Assembly: GCA_043228905.1 (NCBI GenBank) | Contig: JBHGNT010000007.1 | Span: forward strand, 2,790,001 to 2,854,000 | Source: Azolla caroliniana | Taxonomy: Eukaryota > Plantae > Polypodiophyta | Reading direction: 5' to 3' | DNA length: 64,000 nt | Shown: positions 1-13,519 of the stretch, in pieces | Layout of the letters: every line of letters begins with the position of its first letter | Position numbering within the stretch: the first letter of the stretch is position 1 | Notes under the pieces: model-generated | Database searches by the model: none | Told to the model about the DNA's origin: nothing | What the model saw: the letters and a program-made list of their open reading frames with translations, nothing else | Made by a program: the position numbers and the translations under genes

Positions 1-1547
1 GCTTGCAATTAAAAAGGTTGATTGATGATAAATCCCTTAACATTGCATATATCCATAATAATGGGCCCACTTTTCAATGGTCAAATTACTTCTATATTTC
101 CATATCGATAAATTAGTGTCATATTACTTGATTTGGATTGTCCACATGGGAGGAGACAAGAAGAGCATGCATTATTGATAGTCCTCGATAAATTATATGG
201 CCAAGTGGATGGAAAATATTGGCCTATATTTATATTGAGTCTTTTGTCTTGCTCATCATGATAATTATGGATAGCTATGCAAATTCATTGATGATGATAC
301 TCAAATTTCCTCCATTCTCATGTATGCACACTTCAGCCCTAAACCTATGAAATTGGCCCAGATTTAGGGGAATATGTTCCGTTCGTGAACTAATATTTAC
401 TTTACTAGCATTATCCTATGAGGGCCAATGTTATAGTTTTCGCTCTTTTATGTTCTACAAAATATGACAACGTTGGTGTTGCAGAGCAATCTTGTTTAGA
501 AATAAATTTGGAACATGGCAAACTCTTGTAGCACAATCTTGTGAAATTATGAAGGGTTTAAAATGAAAGAAATTAAAGCAACATTAAATCTTATGCTCAT
601 TGCATGAACCACAACATCAAGGTTGTAAAGCACAAGTTGTACCCCTACAACATCATGTTTATACAACTTAGAACTTCAACATGGCAACCTTGTCATGCAG
701 TTGCAAGTAGTAACTCATGGGACTCTTCTACGATATTTTAAAGTAACAAAATGTGGTTTTGCACGTAATATCTTCTTTCAGTCATGATGTGATCCTGATA
801 TGTACTAATGCTTGTATTGCACGATCATATGCATTAGGAATCAGTTGCAAGTGTTGAAAAAATACTAGGCAAATTATTCTCAAAATGTATGAACAAAAGA
901 GAAAGGAATATCGAAGAGGATATGACATCATACGTGCAACTATTATAGTTCTAGAATTGCTTGACAAGACAATAGTTCTTGAAACCCAAGAGGCAAACAA
1001 AAAAATGAACAAATGATGCATAAAATGAAGGATTAAGAAAAGACAATGTATTCTTATGTGTACTATATTTGTTGTACTCAGTAATAGTACTAGTAGTACA
1101 CTAGTTTTGGAATTGCTCTAAGTGTGGGGATGGAGATTCCAAGATCTCAAAGGGCATGTTCAGAACAAAGAGATCATGATGTGTACATGTGTATATATCA
1201 TACACTCTGATATTCTAGGATCACTCGTGCGAGGTGAAGTGGTCGAAGAAGAGGACAACAATTCTAGAAACCCGACAAGAAAGAGGTCTAGAGGAGGATA
1301 GAATGAAGACGGGAACAAAGAGTGGAATGTGAAACATATAACCCGAATAATATTAATAGAAACACACGCAAGCGGGAATCGACTGGATCAGATAGGTAGA
1401 TGATGTGGGGGGCACAAAAATACAGAATAAGTCAACACCGATTGGAGGAGCAAATAATTGAATGGAGGATTGAAAGGTTAAGAAAATAAATAAAACAAAC
1501 CATTACATACATACATACATACATGGATTCCATCCATCCATCCATAC

Positions 1548-2108
1548 TGTTGGGAACAAGTCCCTCCAGATGGGAAGAGCAACAATCAAATTGGATGGAG
1601 TTGATGGGAAATCCGGCCGAGGACGAAAATCGAATAATCGATTTATAACCGATTCGGGAGACTATATTTGTAAATAGTCTTAATGTGCCCCTTGTGGGCT
1701 ATATATGTAAATAGCCCAGAAAGTTGTGTTGGTATAAATACTCCTAGGGCAATCATTATGATATAGAACAATCATTTGTATAGTTACTCATTGGGTTGTT
1801 GCCTCTGTAACTGTGTAAGAGAGAGAGTGAGAGTTAGTGGGTGAGTAACTCTACAGTTGTCTGTCTGATGAAGGAGAGCTTAAGGTTGTTGCCTTTGAGC
1901 TTCTCGTTGTACTCCTCCCAACTATAGTGATTCTGTTTTGGAGTTTGTGGACACCACGTGGTTTTTCCCTTTCGGGTTTTCCATGTTAAAACAATTGTGT
2001 TTCTTTGGGTTTTCGTCTTCTGTTTTCAGTCTGTGCACTACTTTACTCGATTCGTTACACCCGGATATACATACGAGAAACTGGTTGTTGCCGGTCACAA
2101 TCCTAACA
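1548..2108 (+). mobile_element. Solo LTR (probably Copia-type) inserted in a (CATA)n microsatellite
   Basis: Termini TGTTGGG...CCTAACA (inverted TG..CA); 5-bp direct flanks CATAC at 1543-1547 and 2109-2113; internal TATA-like and GA-rich LTR-like sequence; no coding capacity. Confidence 0.75.
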
Positions 2109-2266
2109 CATACATACATACATACATAGCTATACATAGATGCATACATACATACATACATACATACATACATACTTATGTACACACATACCCACATGAT
2201 ACATACAGACATAGATATGTACATGGGCTAGAGAGAACAAAACGAGAGAGAGAGAGAGAGAGAGAA
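2109..2266. repeat. (CATA)n and (GA)n microsatellites
   Basis: Directly visible simple repeats. Confidence 0.9.
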
Positions 2267-2470
2267 TAGAAACAAAGAAAGGCGTTATTTGGTGGGTTGT
2301 TGAGGGATGGGGGGGCGGACGAGTGTGAAACCGTCGCCTTTTCTACAACTAAAATAAAAAGAATAAAGATTATAATGGGAAAATAGAAGAAAATAGCGCC
2401 TATATAAATAAATTAAACAATTCAGAGAAAGGCAAGGATTCGCTCCCCACTCCTCCGTTTCATATTGGCC

Positions 2471-3235
2471 ATGGACAACCCTTCTGCAAACCCTAACCCT
2501 AACCCTAACCCTAACCCTAATTCTGACGTTTCTCATCCCCTGCATCTTCTTCCCTCAATCCAGCAGCCTGCGAATGACCCTAACCCTAACCCTAACCCTG
2601 ATTCCATCCTCAATATCATTAGTTCTCATAATCCTAACTCTAATTCCGATCCTCACCATATCATTAACCCTTGTCATGAAGTTACCTCTCAGCCTCGCAC
2701 AAATTCTGATAACCTGAACACTAATCATGAAATTAAATCTAATCTTCACCCTGTACCTATTAAAAATAGCCCGATTTCTAACCACTCCAGCACGATCTCT
2801 GATCCTAACCCTAATCCTGATGTTTCTCGTCTTCTACAACGCCTGTCTTCTCTTGAACGGTCTGTTCAGCAGCTCCTTCTTTCAGACAAGAAGAAGCAAC
2901 GCTCTTCTGAGCATTACATTCTGCAGAATTTAGAACAACAAATGGAAGCATCATCTTCCCCTCGATTACCGAGAGGACAGCAGAAGAAGCAAACGAAACA
3001 ATCGATTCTTCCCTATCCATCAACGCTAGGTAGAAATCATCACTCAAATTCTAAACCGAAAACAAATATTTGTGTGTTTCAGATGCCACTGCATTATCCT
3101 CGCTACAGTAAGAATGATTACGAAGCAATGCCTGAATGGAAGATCGATCTTCTTCTTCAAGAATACGGCCTCCCTATTGATTCTTCTCTCTCTGCTAAAC
3201 GTAATCTCGCAATAGGTAACTTCCTGTGGAAATGA
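2471..3235 (+). CDS. Plant DUF7722-type conserved protein with N-terminal Asn/Pro-rich low-complexity extension, single exon
   Basis: Uninterrupted ORF from ATG 2471; C-terminal motif FQMPLHYPRYSKNDYEAMPEWKIDLLLQEYGL...KRNLAIGNFLW matches a conserved small land-plant family; TATA-like tatataaa at ~2401. Confidence 0.8.
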   Translation: MDNPSANPNPNPNPNPNSDVSHPLHLLPSIQQPANDPNPNPNPDSILNIISSHNPNSNSDPHHIINPCHEVTSQPRTNSDNLNTNHEIKSNLHPVPIKNSPISNHSSTISDPNPNPDVSRLLQRLSSLERSVQQLLLSDKKKQRSSEHYILQNLEQQMEASSSPRLPRGQQKKQTKQSILPYPSTLGRNHHSNSKPKTNICVFQMPLHYPRYSKNDYEAMPEWKIDLLLQEYGLPIDSSLSAKRNLAIGNFLWK

Positions 3236-4284
3236 CGAAAGAAGTCTAATTCTACAAAGTAGAAGAAGAAAGAAGAAAATGTTCTGATCTCTTGCTGGCG
3301 TCTGTTTTGTTCTCTTTAATCGTACTTTCTTCTGTGTTTATATATTAGGATTTTGTCTTTGGGGATATTCTTTCTCCTGATTTCTCTCTTTCTTGACAAT
3401 GCTAGGATTTCTTACTAGAGCTGAAATAAATATAAACCCTTTTTCTGACTGGTTCTACACTGTGATGAGCATAATTGTCGTTCTTCCGAGATGGACATTT
3501 TATCTGTAATTATGTACTGATTTAGTACACAGATTTATGTAGATACTATTTTTCTTCAAGAAGTTGAAACTTTCTGAATTGATCGTTTTTGATGAAAACA
3601 CAGACTTGTGTGTACCTATTTGTCATAGCAGAATTTAGATGGCCAAAAAAGGACATGGCTTCTTCTTCTTCTTCTTCTTCTTCTTCTCAGAGACATTAAA
3701 CTTTTCTCCTTCTGGAGAGGTTGAAAACAATGCACTTATATAAATTTTTGAAAGAAAAACTTCTGTTTTCTTACTGATTTTTATGTACGGTTTTATTGTT
3801 TCCTGTGATTTTTTAGGATTTATCCTAGAGCGATTGAAAGAAACGAATATATACAACATTTTGCTAGAAGAAAAATATACTGGTTTTCTCTTGTAATTTT
3901 TGGGTGTCTGACTTAGGAAAAGAAGAAGAAGAGGAAGCTCATATATTAATTAACATACTATGCTTTCAATTAGAAGCGAAAAATGAGCTTTTTAATTCAC
4001 TCAATGAAGACAGAATATTCAGTTGCTAATTAACAAAACGAACAAACTTAAGCTTCGTTCGATCCTCTCAATTAAGACGGAATGCTCGCCTCGTTTAATT
4101 TAGGAGCGTAATCAACAAACTTGTGCGTTTAATTCCATCCAATCTGATATGTTTGTTTTCGAATTCGAGAGTGCAATGTATATAAGGTACGATTTCTGGT
4201 CAATACACGCATAATCCTGGATAACTGAAAGTATATTTCTTTAATCAGTAACGTGTTGTATGAGTATGACAGATCATTAAGGGG

Positions 4285-4435
4285 AAAATGAGTAAGACTG
4301 ATCAGTGAGAGTAAGACTGATCAGTAAGACCAAAATGAGTAAGACTGATCAGTAAAACCAAAATGAGTAAGACTGATCAAATCGGGATTACAGTAAAATG
4401 ATTCTGACCAACCAGTGAGAGTAAGGTTGATCACA
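4285..4435. repeat. Degenerate tandem repeat with core GAGTAAGACTGATCAGT
   Basis: About 5 copies of agtaagactgatca with variable spacers. Confidence 0.75.
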
Positions 4436-4719
4436 AAGACCAATAAATCCATGAACAGGACAGTAACACGTTAAAGTAATCAGTGCGACTGGTCAGTAAT
4501 GAGGGATCCGAGTGAGACCGATCAATTACAATGAGCAAATTAATCAGTAAGCGGAAACTGAGCAAGACAGATCGGCAAGGCTTGTGAAGCTCAGGTAATT
4601 GTAGTACAAATTCAGTTAAAATCTTTCGAACTGTCTTGGTTTCAATTTGATGGAGCAGCAACAAGAATACTCTATCCATTAATTCATGGGGTGAAAGAAG
4701 AGGAGATTAAGAGCTTCGA

Positions 4720-5010
4720 ACTAATTATGATCTGATCCAAGCATGTGTTCATCGGAACTATGATCCAATCCAGGCACGTGTTCATCGGAACTATGATCCG
4801 ATCCGAACATGTGTCCACAGGAACTATGATCCGATCCGAGCTTGTGTCCACATGAACTATGATCCGATCCGAGCATGTGTCCACCAAAACTATGATCCGA
4901 TCCGAGCATGTGTTCACCAGAACCATGATCCGATCCGAGCATGTGTTCACCGGAATTGTGTTCCGACAATGTGTTCGCCAGAACTATGATAATTTGAGCA
5001 TGTGTTCGGG
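4720..5010. repeat. 33-bp minisatellite, about 8 copies (GAACTATGATCCGATCCGAGCATGTGTTCACC-like)
   Basis: Head-to-tail units with no spacers; produce 11-aa periodic ORFs on the - strand. Confidence 0.9.
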
Positions 5011-6994
5011 ATATATCACTCTATAGGGCAAGGGTTCCCTAGATGCATGATGTGGCATGAATTGATGAGAATTTGATTTCCATCCCTAGGAACGTTGGTT
5101 AGAAGTGTGTTTTGTTGTACTCTGTACATATCTAGATGACACAGTGGCAACGCAACAAACACATGGTACTTCTCCACTATTGTGCTTCATGTTTGATCTC
5201 TTGCTATGTTTGGATTTTTCCTTGGTCCTCTCATTTCCACGATGAAAACCTAGTGCAAACTCTGAGGACCAAAGCAAAGGCGGGTATCTAGAGAAGAAAG
5301 TGGCACTCGGAGGTGCTTATTGCTTGAATATGCTTCACGTGTCTACGAAGTTTTGTCAAAAAGTCTATAAAACTATAGAAACAATACATGCTTTGGTTGA
5401 CGGGCTTGTTACAATGTGTATTCCATGCTTCATCATGACACATCATTGTTGAAACTCCATGTTGTTTCCATGATCTATCTTTGGTTGTCTTCCCATTCAA
5501 CTAATCATCAATTCTTGACAACAATGAATCATTTTGAAGTGCTAGAAGAAAACATGAATATCTCTTGTATATACATTAAAAAGTTGAAAAAAGAAATACG
5601 ACACACTAGAAAAACACCCAAATGAAGGAAAAAAAGGTTTGGGTAATGAGGCGTTGGTAGTGTATAGCCAATGTGTAGCTTCTCCATACATTTTTTTGGC
5701 ATTCTTAAGTTTCACCCAAAATGCATGTTTGTTTGATGGAGATGATAGGGTCATGGGTTTGAGAGGTCATGTGTGCAATCCATACATTAATTGTGGCATC
5801 TAGTAAATTAAGAGAATATTACTCCCATTAAAATGGTTTACCATTGACTCTCCCACATCCATTCCATGCAACACATACTTATCGCCTTATTACTTCATCC
5901 TCTACTTGAATACCTATAAGTTTATAACATTCAAGTCACTTGTTTACCTATAATTTTCTCCTAATTTCTAATTGTCATGAAGTTGTTTTGTTTGTGTCAT
6001 TTGGATTTTCCCCCGATATCATGAAATTGTTTTGATTTTATCATTTGGATTTTCCCCGTGTGAGTTTGCCTTCCATGACATCATCAATGCCTTGTAATGA
6101 CCTCAAAACGAAGAAAAATGGGCACACATGTACCTACATTCATTGTACATGGACAAATTATAAATTTATATCTACCAAACTCCTTGGTGACATCTAAAAA
6201 TTGACTACCTTCCAACAACCTTTTCTATAACCATAAATATTTTCCATATGACATGAAATAAAGAACCTTTGGGTAGAAACCTTGCCACTTCAAAGTTCAA
6301 ATAGTCATTAGTAATGAATTCTAGTCCTATATGATAAAAATGACATGATGGATTAATAATAAGATATATGCTAGAGAATAATGTGTCACTTAATTATGTC
6401 CCACCTTTGTTAACAAGATACACCATTATTAAAATGTGTTAACATTTACCATATCGATTCACTAGTTTAGGTCAACATTAGGGCCATGAATGTGCCTAAT
6501 CGCCTAACTTCATATTTATCCCTCACCGTTATGATGTGGCATGTGTGAAGGAGGAAAGTGAGAAGAAGTCAAGTTTCACATCAGTTTGGGATTCTCACCG
6601 AAGTGACCAATGGATGGAAAAATAAAATGGTCAATTGCTCAAAACATACTAGAGGTGATAGAAGGAAAATGATGAGCTAAATACGAACAAGACAAACATA
6701 CATTTTGCCAAAATGAAGCGGCTATGCAAGGATAATTACAAGTTTATGCTCAAAAGAGAAAGTAATGGAGCATGTGTAAAAGAAATGATACCATTTCTAT
6801 TCAGCAAGAGAGCTCTTAAAATCTATATAATGGGCAAGCAAGCTCATTGTCAAATTCAATAGTTCTTGGATTGCAACACTTACAATTTGATGATAAACTA
6901 AATCATGGGGTAGCGAATCATGGCAACATTGTGCACATGGGAGGCCTACTATGATAAACACAATTTGATTGTCGAATCATCACATCCGAAATTT

Positions 6995-7987
6995 TGTGAT
7001 AAGGGTGGATCGTCGATTGGTTCGGACTCGCGTGTCAAGGCTCCATTGTCTACGATAATCAATTACTACAAGAGAGAATTAGGATCCGCTGAACCTCCGC
7101 CCAACCACCCTCTGTCCAACTTATATAGAAGATCCCTCTTCAATCTCTCGTAAGTGTCCCTAGTACACGAGTACCCTATATTCATCATAATGGTATTGAG
7201 TACAAGTCACTAGGGAGATTCCATTCCCTCACATAGGTACTTGAGTACATTAGATTCTTGAATGCACTCAGAATATTTCATTCCCTACATAGGTACTTGA
7301 GTACCTTGGATTATTGAATGCACTAGATATTCCATTCCCTATGTGCACCTTGGCAACGACACACATGGCACAATCCCATGACTCACACCTTGAGTCATGA
7401 GTGTCTTCTCCATCCATTGAGAAGACTTAGAAGCCCATGACTCTTACCCCAAGTCATGGGTGTCTTCTCTATCCGTCGAGAAAGACCCTCACCTCAATCC
7501 GTCGAGGTGGTGTGTTGTGGTTCCGATCACGGAACCCCTCAACACATTGGATGTGTTACAATTCCCCCCTTTAAAGAAGGTGTCCCCTCTTCATTTTTAA
7601 GGGGTAAAGGGAATTATATCTATTAACCATATCTTCAAATTTCAACAAGGTTGTGCCTTGTTGATGTGAACTCTCTTCCGTGGGTTTGCCCTTCCATTGG
7701 CAAAGGTAGAGCCTATTAGACCCATTTTGGTTTGGTCGATCACGATGACGAAGGAGGGCTTCCAAAACGAAGTCTCCACCGCCCCACTTGCTTCTCCTTT
7801 CCGTTGATGGTCTTCCAAGTGCTCTTGGAATTGACCTCTGTTGAGTGAACAAGCTCAACATGGGCCAGATCGGCTGAACAAGCCTAGAGCCGGATCGAAT
7901 GAAGACCAATCGCCTAGGCCTAGATTGGATCGAAGAACCAGATCGATGTCCGGAACGAAGAGCTAGATTGGTGTGAAATTGGTAGGC
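6995..7987 (-). mobile_element. 3' end of a Ty3/Gypsy chromovirus: chromodomain remnant, polypurine tract and 3' LTR (~6995-7560)
   Basis: - strand ORF 7909-7571 FVLEALLRHR...RLYLCQWKGKPTEESS (chromodomain-like); stop followed by PPT AGGGGGGAAT (rc of 7561-7570) and TGTAACAC LTR start; far LTR end TCACA at 6995 is tentative. Confidence 0.7.
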
Positions 7988-8310
7988 TGTTAGAGGCCTA
8001 CGATCCTAGCATAGTACATAGGCCTATATTTGGGAGTTAGTGTCTATCACTCAGTACCTCAGTACAAGCATTGAAGTACTTGTCAGTCCTTTTAAGGACT
8101 TGTATAAAAGTGCTCTCTAAGCACATTCGTTTGTACAATTTATTGAGTTTTTTTTTTGAAATAGACGTTGTGTTCTACTTTCCCCCCCCCTCTCTCTCTC
8201 CCGCGTACTCTCTGTGTATTTCCAAGCTTTCCATTAAACCTTTGTTCTATTTCTGTTGCTATTCAGCTGAGCCGGTTGTGTCTAAGAGCTTTTACATGTA
8301 ACTCTTTTCA

Positions 8311-8322
8311 TGGTATCAGAGC
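8311..8322 (+). promoter_or_regulatory. Primer-binding site complementary to initiator tRNA-Met
   Basis: TGGTATCAGAGC directly after the LTR-terminal CA. Confidence 0.9.
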
Positions 8323-11300
8323 GCGAGGGTTGAGAATCCTTTGCTGTCGACACAAAGAGCTTAGACATAGCTTCCGGTAAAGAATAGAAAGAAAGAAGAA
8401 AGACATGGACAGAAGCATGGCAAGCTTGCTTCGTATAGAAAACCTCGACCGGAGCAACTATGTATCTTGGTCCAAGATGCACTAGTACCTGTTGGGGTGC
8501 GACTACTGGAGTTATGTGGAAGGAGCAAATGAAGTAGCCCCGGAGCCGGCACACAAAAACTTCTCCATATGGGAACAAGCATCGAGCAGAGTGATGTACT
8601 ACCTCGCGTCCTATGTGCACGATCAGATGCTCGACTATATAAGAGATATGAAAATGCCGAAGGAGGCATGGGAAAATCTAAAAAAGATTTTCGCCTTAAG
8701 TACCACGACCTGAAAGTTGTAGCTCCGTCAAGAGCTCAACGATATCCGGTAAAGGGACATGTTGGTCACTGACTACACCACGAAGATAAAGGAGTTCTTC
8801 GATGCATTAGGGTCCATCAATGTGATGGTGGATGAAGACGAAATGGTGCAGATCTACCTTGCTGGTCTAGCGCAGGGGTACGGGCCAATCCGGACGGCAA
8901 TATGCACACGAGAGAAACCATCGTCCTTCTTCGACTTGCAATTGATGCTCATGATTGAAGAGAACCACGTGAGTGTGTTGAGGACCACTCAATTGATCAG
9001 CCGGATGATGTACATGGAGGCAGATCGGCCCCGTGATCATGGCAGACGAGATGGATCGGCATGCAATGGTGGTGGCCGACTAGAGTAGAATCAAAGGCAT
9101 AATCAACATGCTGACAATAGTTCCGGACCCTCCACAAACAAGGGAAGTCAAGGCGGCGCCGAAAACTGGCAATGGAAGACCGAAACAAAATGTTGGTATT
9201 GTGGTTGGAAGGGTCACCGGGAGAGCGATAGTTGGAAAAAGCGTGCTGATTCGGACAAATCCGGATGTGGCAAAGCCAAACACGGAAATTAGCAAAGGTT
9301 GCACTATGTTGAAGGATCGAGAGGATCCGGAACCGGAAAAACCGGAAAGGGGCCAACCTTTGTGATGAAACACAAGGCAAATTCGATGAACAAGACCACC
9401 TCACATTCGGACGAGGTGTGGTACGTAAACTCCAGAGCATCAAACCACATGATGAGCCATGAAGAATGGTTATTGTATATGGAAAAACTAGAGCAACCAG
9501 GAATGGTCGAAACCCAAGATGATACTCCGCACCTAATCGAACATGTCGGCGAAGTCCCTCTCAGCCATGTCGGACAAAAGGGGAGACTCATGAACGTGTT
9601 GCACATCTCGACAATAACGAAAAACTTGGTGTCGGTCGGATAGATCGTCGACCAAGGAATGCAAGTTCGATTCACCCACCTAGGGTGCTTCATCGAGGAA
9701 GAGGGCCATATCATTGCGCCAGGGAGACGGCTAGGGAGGATGTTCATCCTCGACACCAATGACGTTGGCACAACATTTTTTGCTAAAGGACAGAAAATTG
9801 AGTCGGATGTCGACTTATGGCACAAGTGAATCAGCCACGTCAACTACCAAAGGCTTGAAGATTTGCAATCGAAACAAGTGGTATTCGGATTGCCGAAATT
9901 TAGTGGTCGGAAAGCTCAAATTTGTGAAGCTAGCCAACTAGGGAAGCAACACAGATTTCCATTTCCCAATGAGTGAAACCAGAGCTGGAACACGCTCGAC
10001 TTGATACATTCGGATGTATGGGGACCAACACAGAATGTAAGTCTTGGCGGGAGTCGATATTTCATCTCCTTCATCGACGACTACAACCGACACACGTGGA
10101 TCTACCTCATCGAAAAGAAGAGTCAAGTCTTCGATTGTTTTCGGAACCTGAAAAGCCTTGTCGAAAGGGAAACAGAGAGGAAGATAAAGTGCCTGTGGTC
10201 GGATGGCAGAAAAGAATACTTTTCCAACCAATTCAACTGTTATTTGTAGCAGATGGAAATCAGAGAGAATTTAGCTGCAGATATACACCAGAGCAAAACA
10301 ACGTAGCCGAAAGAAAGAACCGGTCGATTGTGGAAGTGGCAATGGCGATGCTAGAAGAGAAGAGCATGCCCAAATCCTATTGGGCCAAAGCGGTTTGAAA
10401 ATCGGATCGGAGAGAAGGTGTCAACACATGAGTTGTATTTCGGGCGGAAGCCGAACTTACAACACTTGAGGGTATTCGGGAGTATTGCCTATGTGCACGC
10501 ACTTTCCCAACGAGAAGCAAAGGAAGCTGGACCTGAACTTGGAGATGTGCATATTGGTCGTCTACTCACATGAGCAAAAGGGGTATAAATGTTATAACCC
10601 TCAAACAAAAGAAGTTTGAGTGAACCGAGATGTTGAATTCGATGAGTCGACATCATGACACTCTTCACAGACTCCGATTGCCGACAACTTTGACCACCCA
10701 GTCACTGAAGATGAGACTAGTGAACCTGATATGATTCGGGAAGAAGAAGAAGAAGAGGAAGAAGAAGATATCGGCACTCTTGAGGAGAGTCCGATGTCAT
10801 TCTAGCTTAGTAGGCCAAATGAGAGACTTAGTTGGAACGACTAGTGGGATGATGAGCCGACGAGCAATGAAGACTCGGTCGTGCATTCCCCACACAAGGA
10901 ACAAAGGAGACGGTTCACGCGCAAAGAAAAAGGGAAGAAAAAGATGTCGAAATATGGCACCGACAAGGAAGACTCGGATCGGAGCGAATCCGATACCATA
11001 AAGAACGAAGACGGATCTTTGGAAATGAAGTCTGAGTCAGTCAAGAGGGCCTTAAAGTCGGCGAATCAAAAGTTACGCTGATATACCTGCCAGAAGAACA
11101 CCATGATGCGGTACGGTTACAACAAATATAACACCGGGTCATTTGAAATAGGTAATATGTCGCAATTTAAGAACAACCCGTCCAAAAAAGGCACAAAGTA
11201 GGTCATTTCACAAAAAGAACCATCACATGCGTAAAGGGTTTTGGAAATTGAATCAAAATATATTGATTTATACCATGTCCAAAAATTTAGGGCTTTCAAA

Positions 11301-11551
11301 AAATGCCCCTAATAATTGACACGTGAAATTTACAGGAGAATGTACAAAAATTACAAAATGACTAACATGTATATTTATACATATTTGTGAATCGCCATAT
11401 TGATGTAACATATAATATTTACATTTCATATATGAGATCGATCACTTCCCAGAGATACGCCTTCCCCTTCAGACCCACCCGATGAACTAGAAGAGCTTTG
11501 TGAGGTCTCATCCTCATCATCACTAGCAACCAATGCATTGTCTTCATCCAA

Positions 11552-13519
11552 TTACAATCTAAGATCCCTGTGATTATGAGACATACTCCTTGTTCGTCTC
11601 TGTGTTGCGTCAACATGCACATCTAGGATCTTCTCTTTTATTATCATGATTGTAGTTTGTCTTAGATGGCCTGTTTTGGTCATGGAGAAGTCACACATGA
11701 GTATGTCAACATTATCAAGTGCCAGGGTAGACGTGCTTAGTAGATTCTTTCTTCTCCGCTTTCTGCTTGTGCCTTCGACATCCTTAACCATCTCTAATGA
11801 GTACTTCCAGTAAATGCATCTTTGGAAGAGGTATGTTACCAATGAACCATAATAGACTTTACTTGATTGCCTTCATCATCCTTAATAATTTCAATGATTT
11901 TGGCAATCCAGAAGGGATGACCCAACTTATCACCCAGGCTAGCTAATGTTGCAACCAACATACCAACTTGTAGCTCATGTAGATTGCCTTGCCACCTCGC
12001 CTCTACAACATGCGATAATCTTGGTCTCACGTAAATATCTCTTTGTCGTGGACAAACTAGATTATTCAATTCAAGATTATCTAGTGGTTGTAAAGGGGTC
12101 GTGCTTGCTATTGATGGGCCACCAAGCGACCATTAGAATTGATTGTGTAGTGGCCAATACCCTGTAAAGTGGTTATCTAATATTGTATGTTGATGTTTAA
12201 AGAAGACATCCCACCAATCCACATCCTAATCACCAACGTACTTTTTGGTTCGCTCAATATTTTTCTATTTTTCCTCAAGGCACCACATCCAATATATCTT
12301 TTGCTCTTCAATTGAACTACGAACAACCAATCTTTTATGGTCGTCAAAGGGCATTTGCTCAGCACCATAATCTGGGAAATGCAATAAGAGCCTACATCCG
12401 TCTTGTGGCTCCCATTGCGAACTAGATGAGTATTGTTTGGCATACAACATGGTATGGTAATGATCGATCACACTTTTTTGGATGAGGAAGACGTTGTTAA
12501 AAGTTATATTATTAAGCGGTGCAAGAACCCTACATCTAGTCCCATTACCATCCAAACAAAAGCGTTTGAAATCATATACTTCATCTAAATGTTGCACATC
12601 TGGCTTGGGGTATAAGCTTCAGCTATCAACCTTGATAGCACAGGAAGTGTGAAAGCATCGCACCTCGCTAATTTCTTGGAGAACCTACTAAACATTTGAT
12701 CTATGTGATCATTTGTATGACCAACTAGCAAGAAGTTGACCTTAATCTTTTTGAAAATACCCTTGTCTACTAACATGCTCAAATAACCAAACACAATTGA
12801 GTTCTTGTTTTCTCTCGCCGTGTTGTCAAGTTGCACATATAGTACTGGTGGGAGTAAACATTGCCAACTCTGCAGAACTCTTTGCATGATTGTCATTGTA
12901 AGATTAGGGTCGTTATGGATATTTGGATAAGTTAGGAACACTTGATGCCTTATTGTCTAACAATATAGAAGACATCCTACTAAGTGCATCTGCACTAGGC
13001 ATTCATCTCCAACATCCTTGGGCAACCTTCGAAAATGTGGCAAACAAGTTTTCTTCTGATCCATCCCATATATAGTCAAGCACATGTATATTTCTGGCGA
13101 TTGAAGCGCTTTTTGATGATGGTGCATAACTTTAGATCTTTCCAACGCCTGGATTTCTCGACGTTCTCTCAATAAATTCTTATATTTTGTTATTTCTTCA
13201 ATTGTTGTCCCACTCTTTCCCATGCTTTTTAAACTCGCGCATATAGAACAAACACCTATCCGGACATTGCGGGGTATGACCACATTGTTAAACTTCGACT
13301 GCCATAAACGATTAAAATGTCGATATTGTATGTAAGGTACACTTTCCAATAACATGTCATCCTTATACGCTTGGTATACCTCACGACGAGTGAAGTTATA
13401 TCAATTGCAATTTGGCGATCCGAACACAGAAAATTATATTGTTTAACGCTCACTTGTCGAGCAACTCTTCGAAAATTTAGAGGCTTGTTGACACAATCGT
13501 CGTCAAATGGACTTGTCAT
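11552..13519 (-). pseudogene. DDD transposase (Sola1/DUF7869-like), frameshifted, with a C-terminal BAH/Tudor-like region
   Basis: Consecutive - strand fragments: CSICASL (Cys motif), CLTIYGMDQKKT, VLYVQLDNTARENKN, NFLLVGHTNDHIDQMFS, then PFWIAKIIEI...IMVHW; lies inside the TIRs. Confidence 0.8.

Noticed and set aside
1-1100. Possible ancient retroelement or transposase remnant (also 5050-6900 and 35500-37700)
   Set aside because: Composition looks like decayed TE, but no motif or terminus could be identified reliably
1922-2269. Short ORFs such as MYVCMYVC and HTYIHT, with similar ones at 27.6-29.1 kb
   Set aside because: Translations of microsatellites with no protein-like features
2489-2520. 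Telomere or interstitial telomeric array
   Set aside because: Only about 5 hexamers, in frame within a coding ORF, and not the plant TTTAGGG heptamer
4720-5010. CRISPR-like 33-bp periodic repeats
   Set aside because: Units are contiguous with no unique spacers, no cas genes are present and the context is eukaryotic
11127-11130. Alternative TATA or TA target duplication (Tc1/mariner- or piggyBac-like boundary) for the 7.2-kb element
   Set aside because: Only the ATAT duplication with AACACC...GGTGTT termini restores the Copia reading frame, and the transposase motifs are not mariner or piggyBac type
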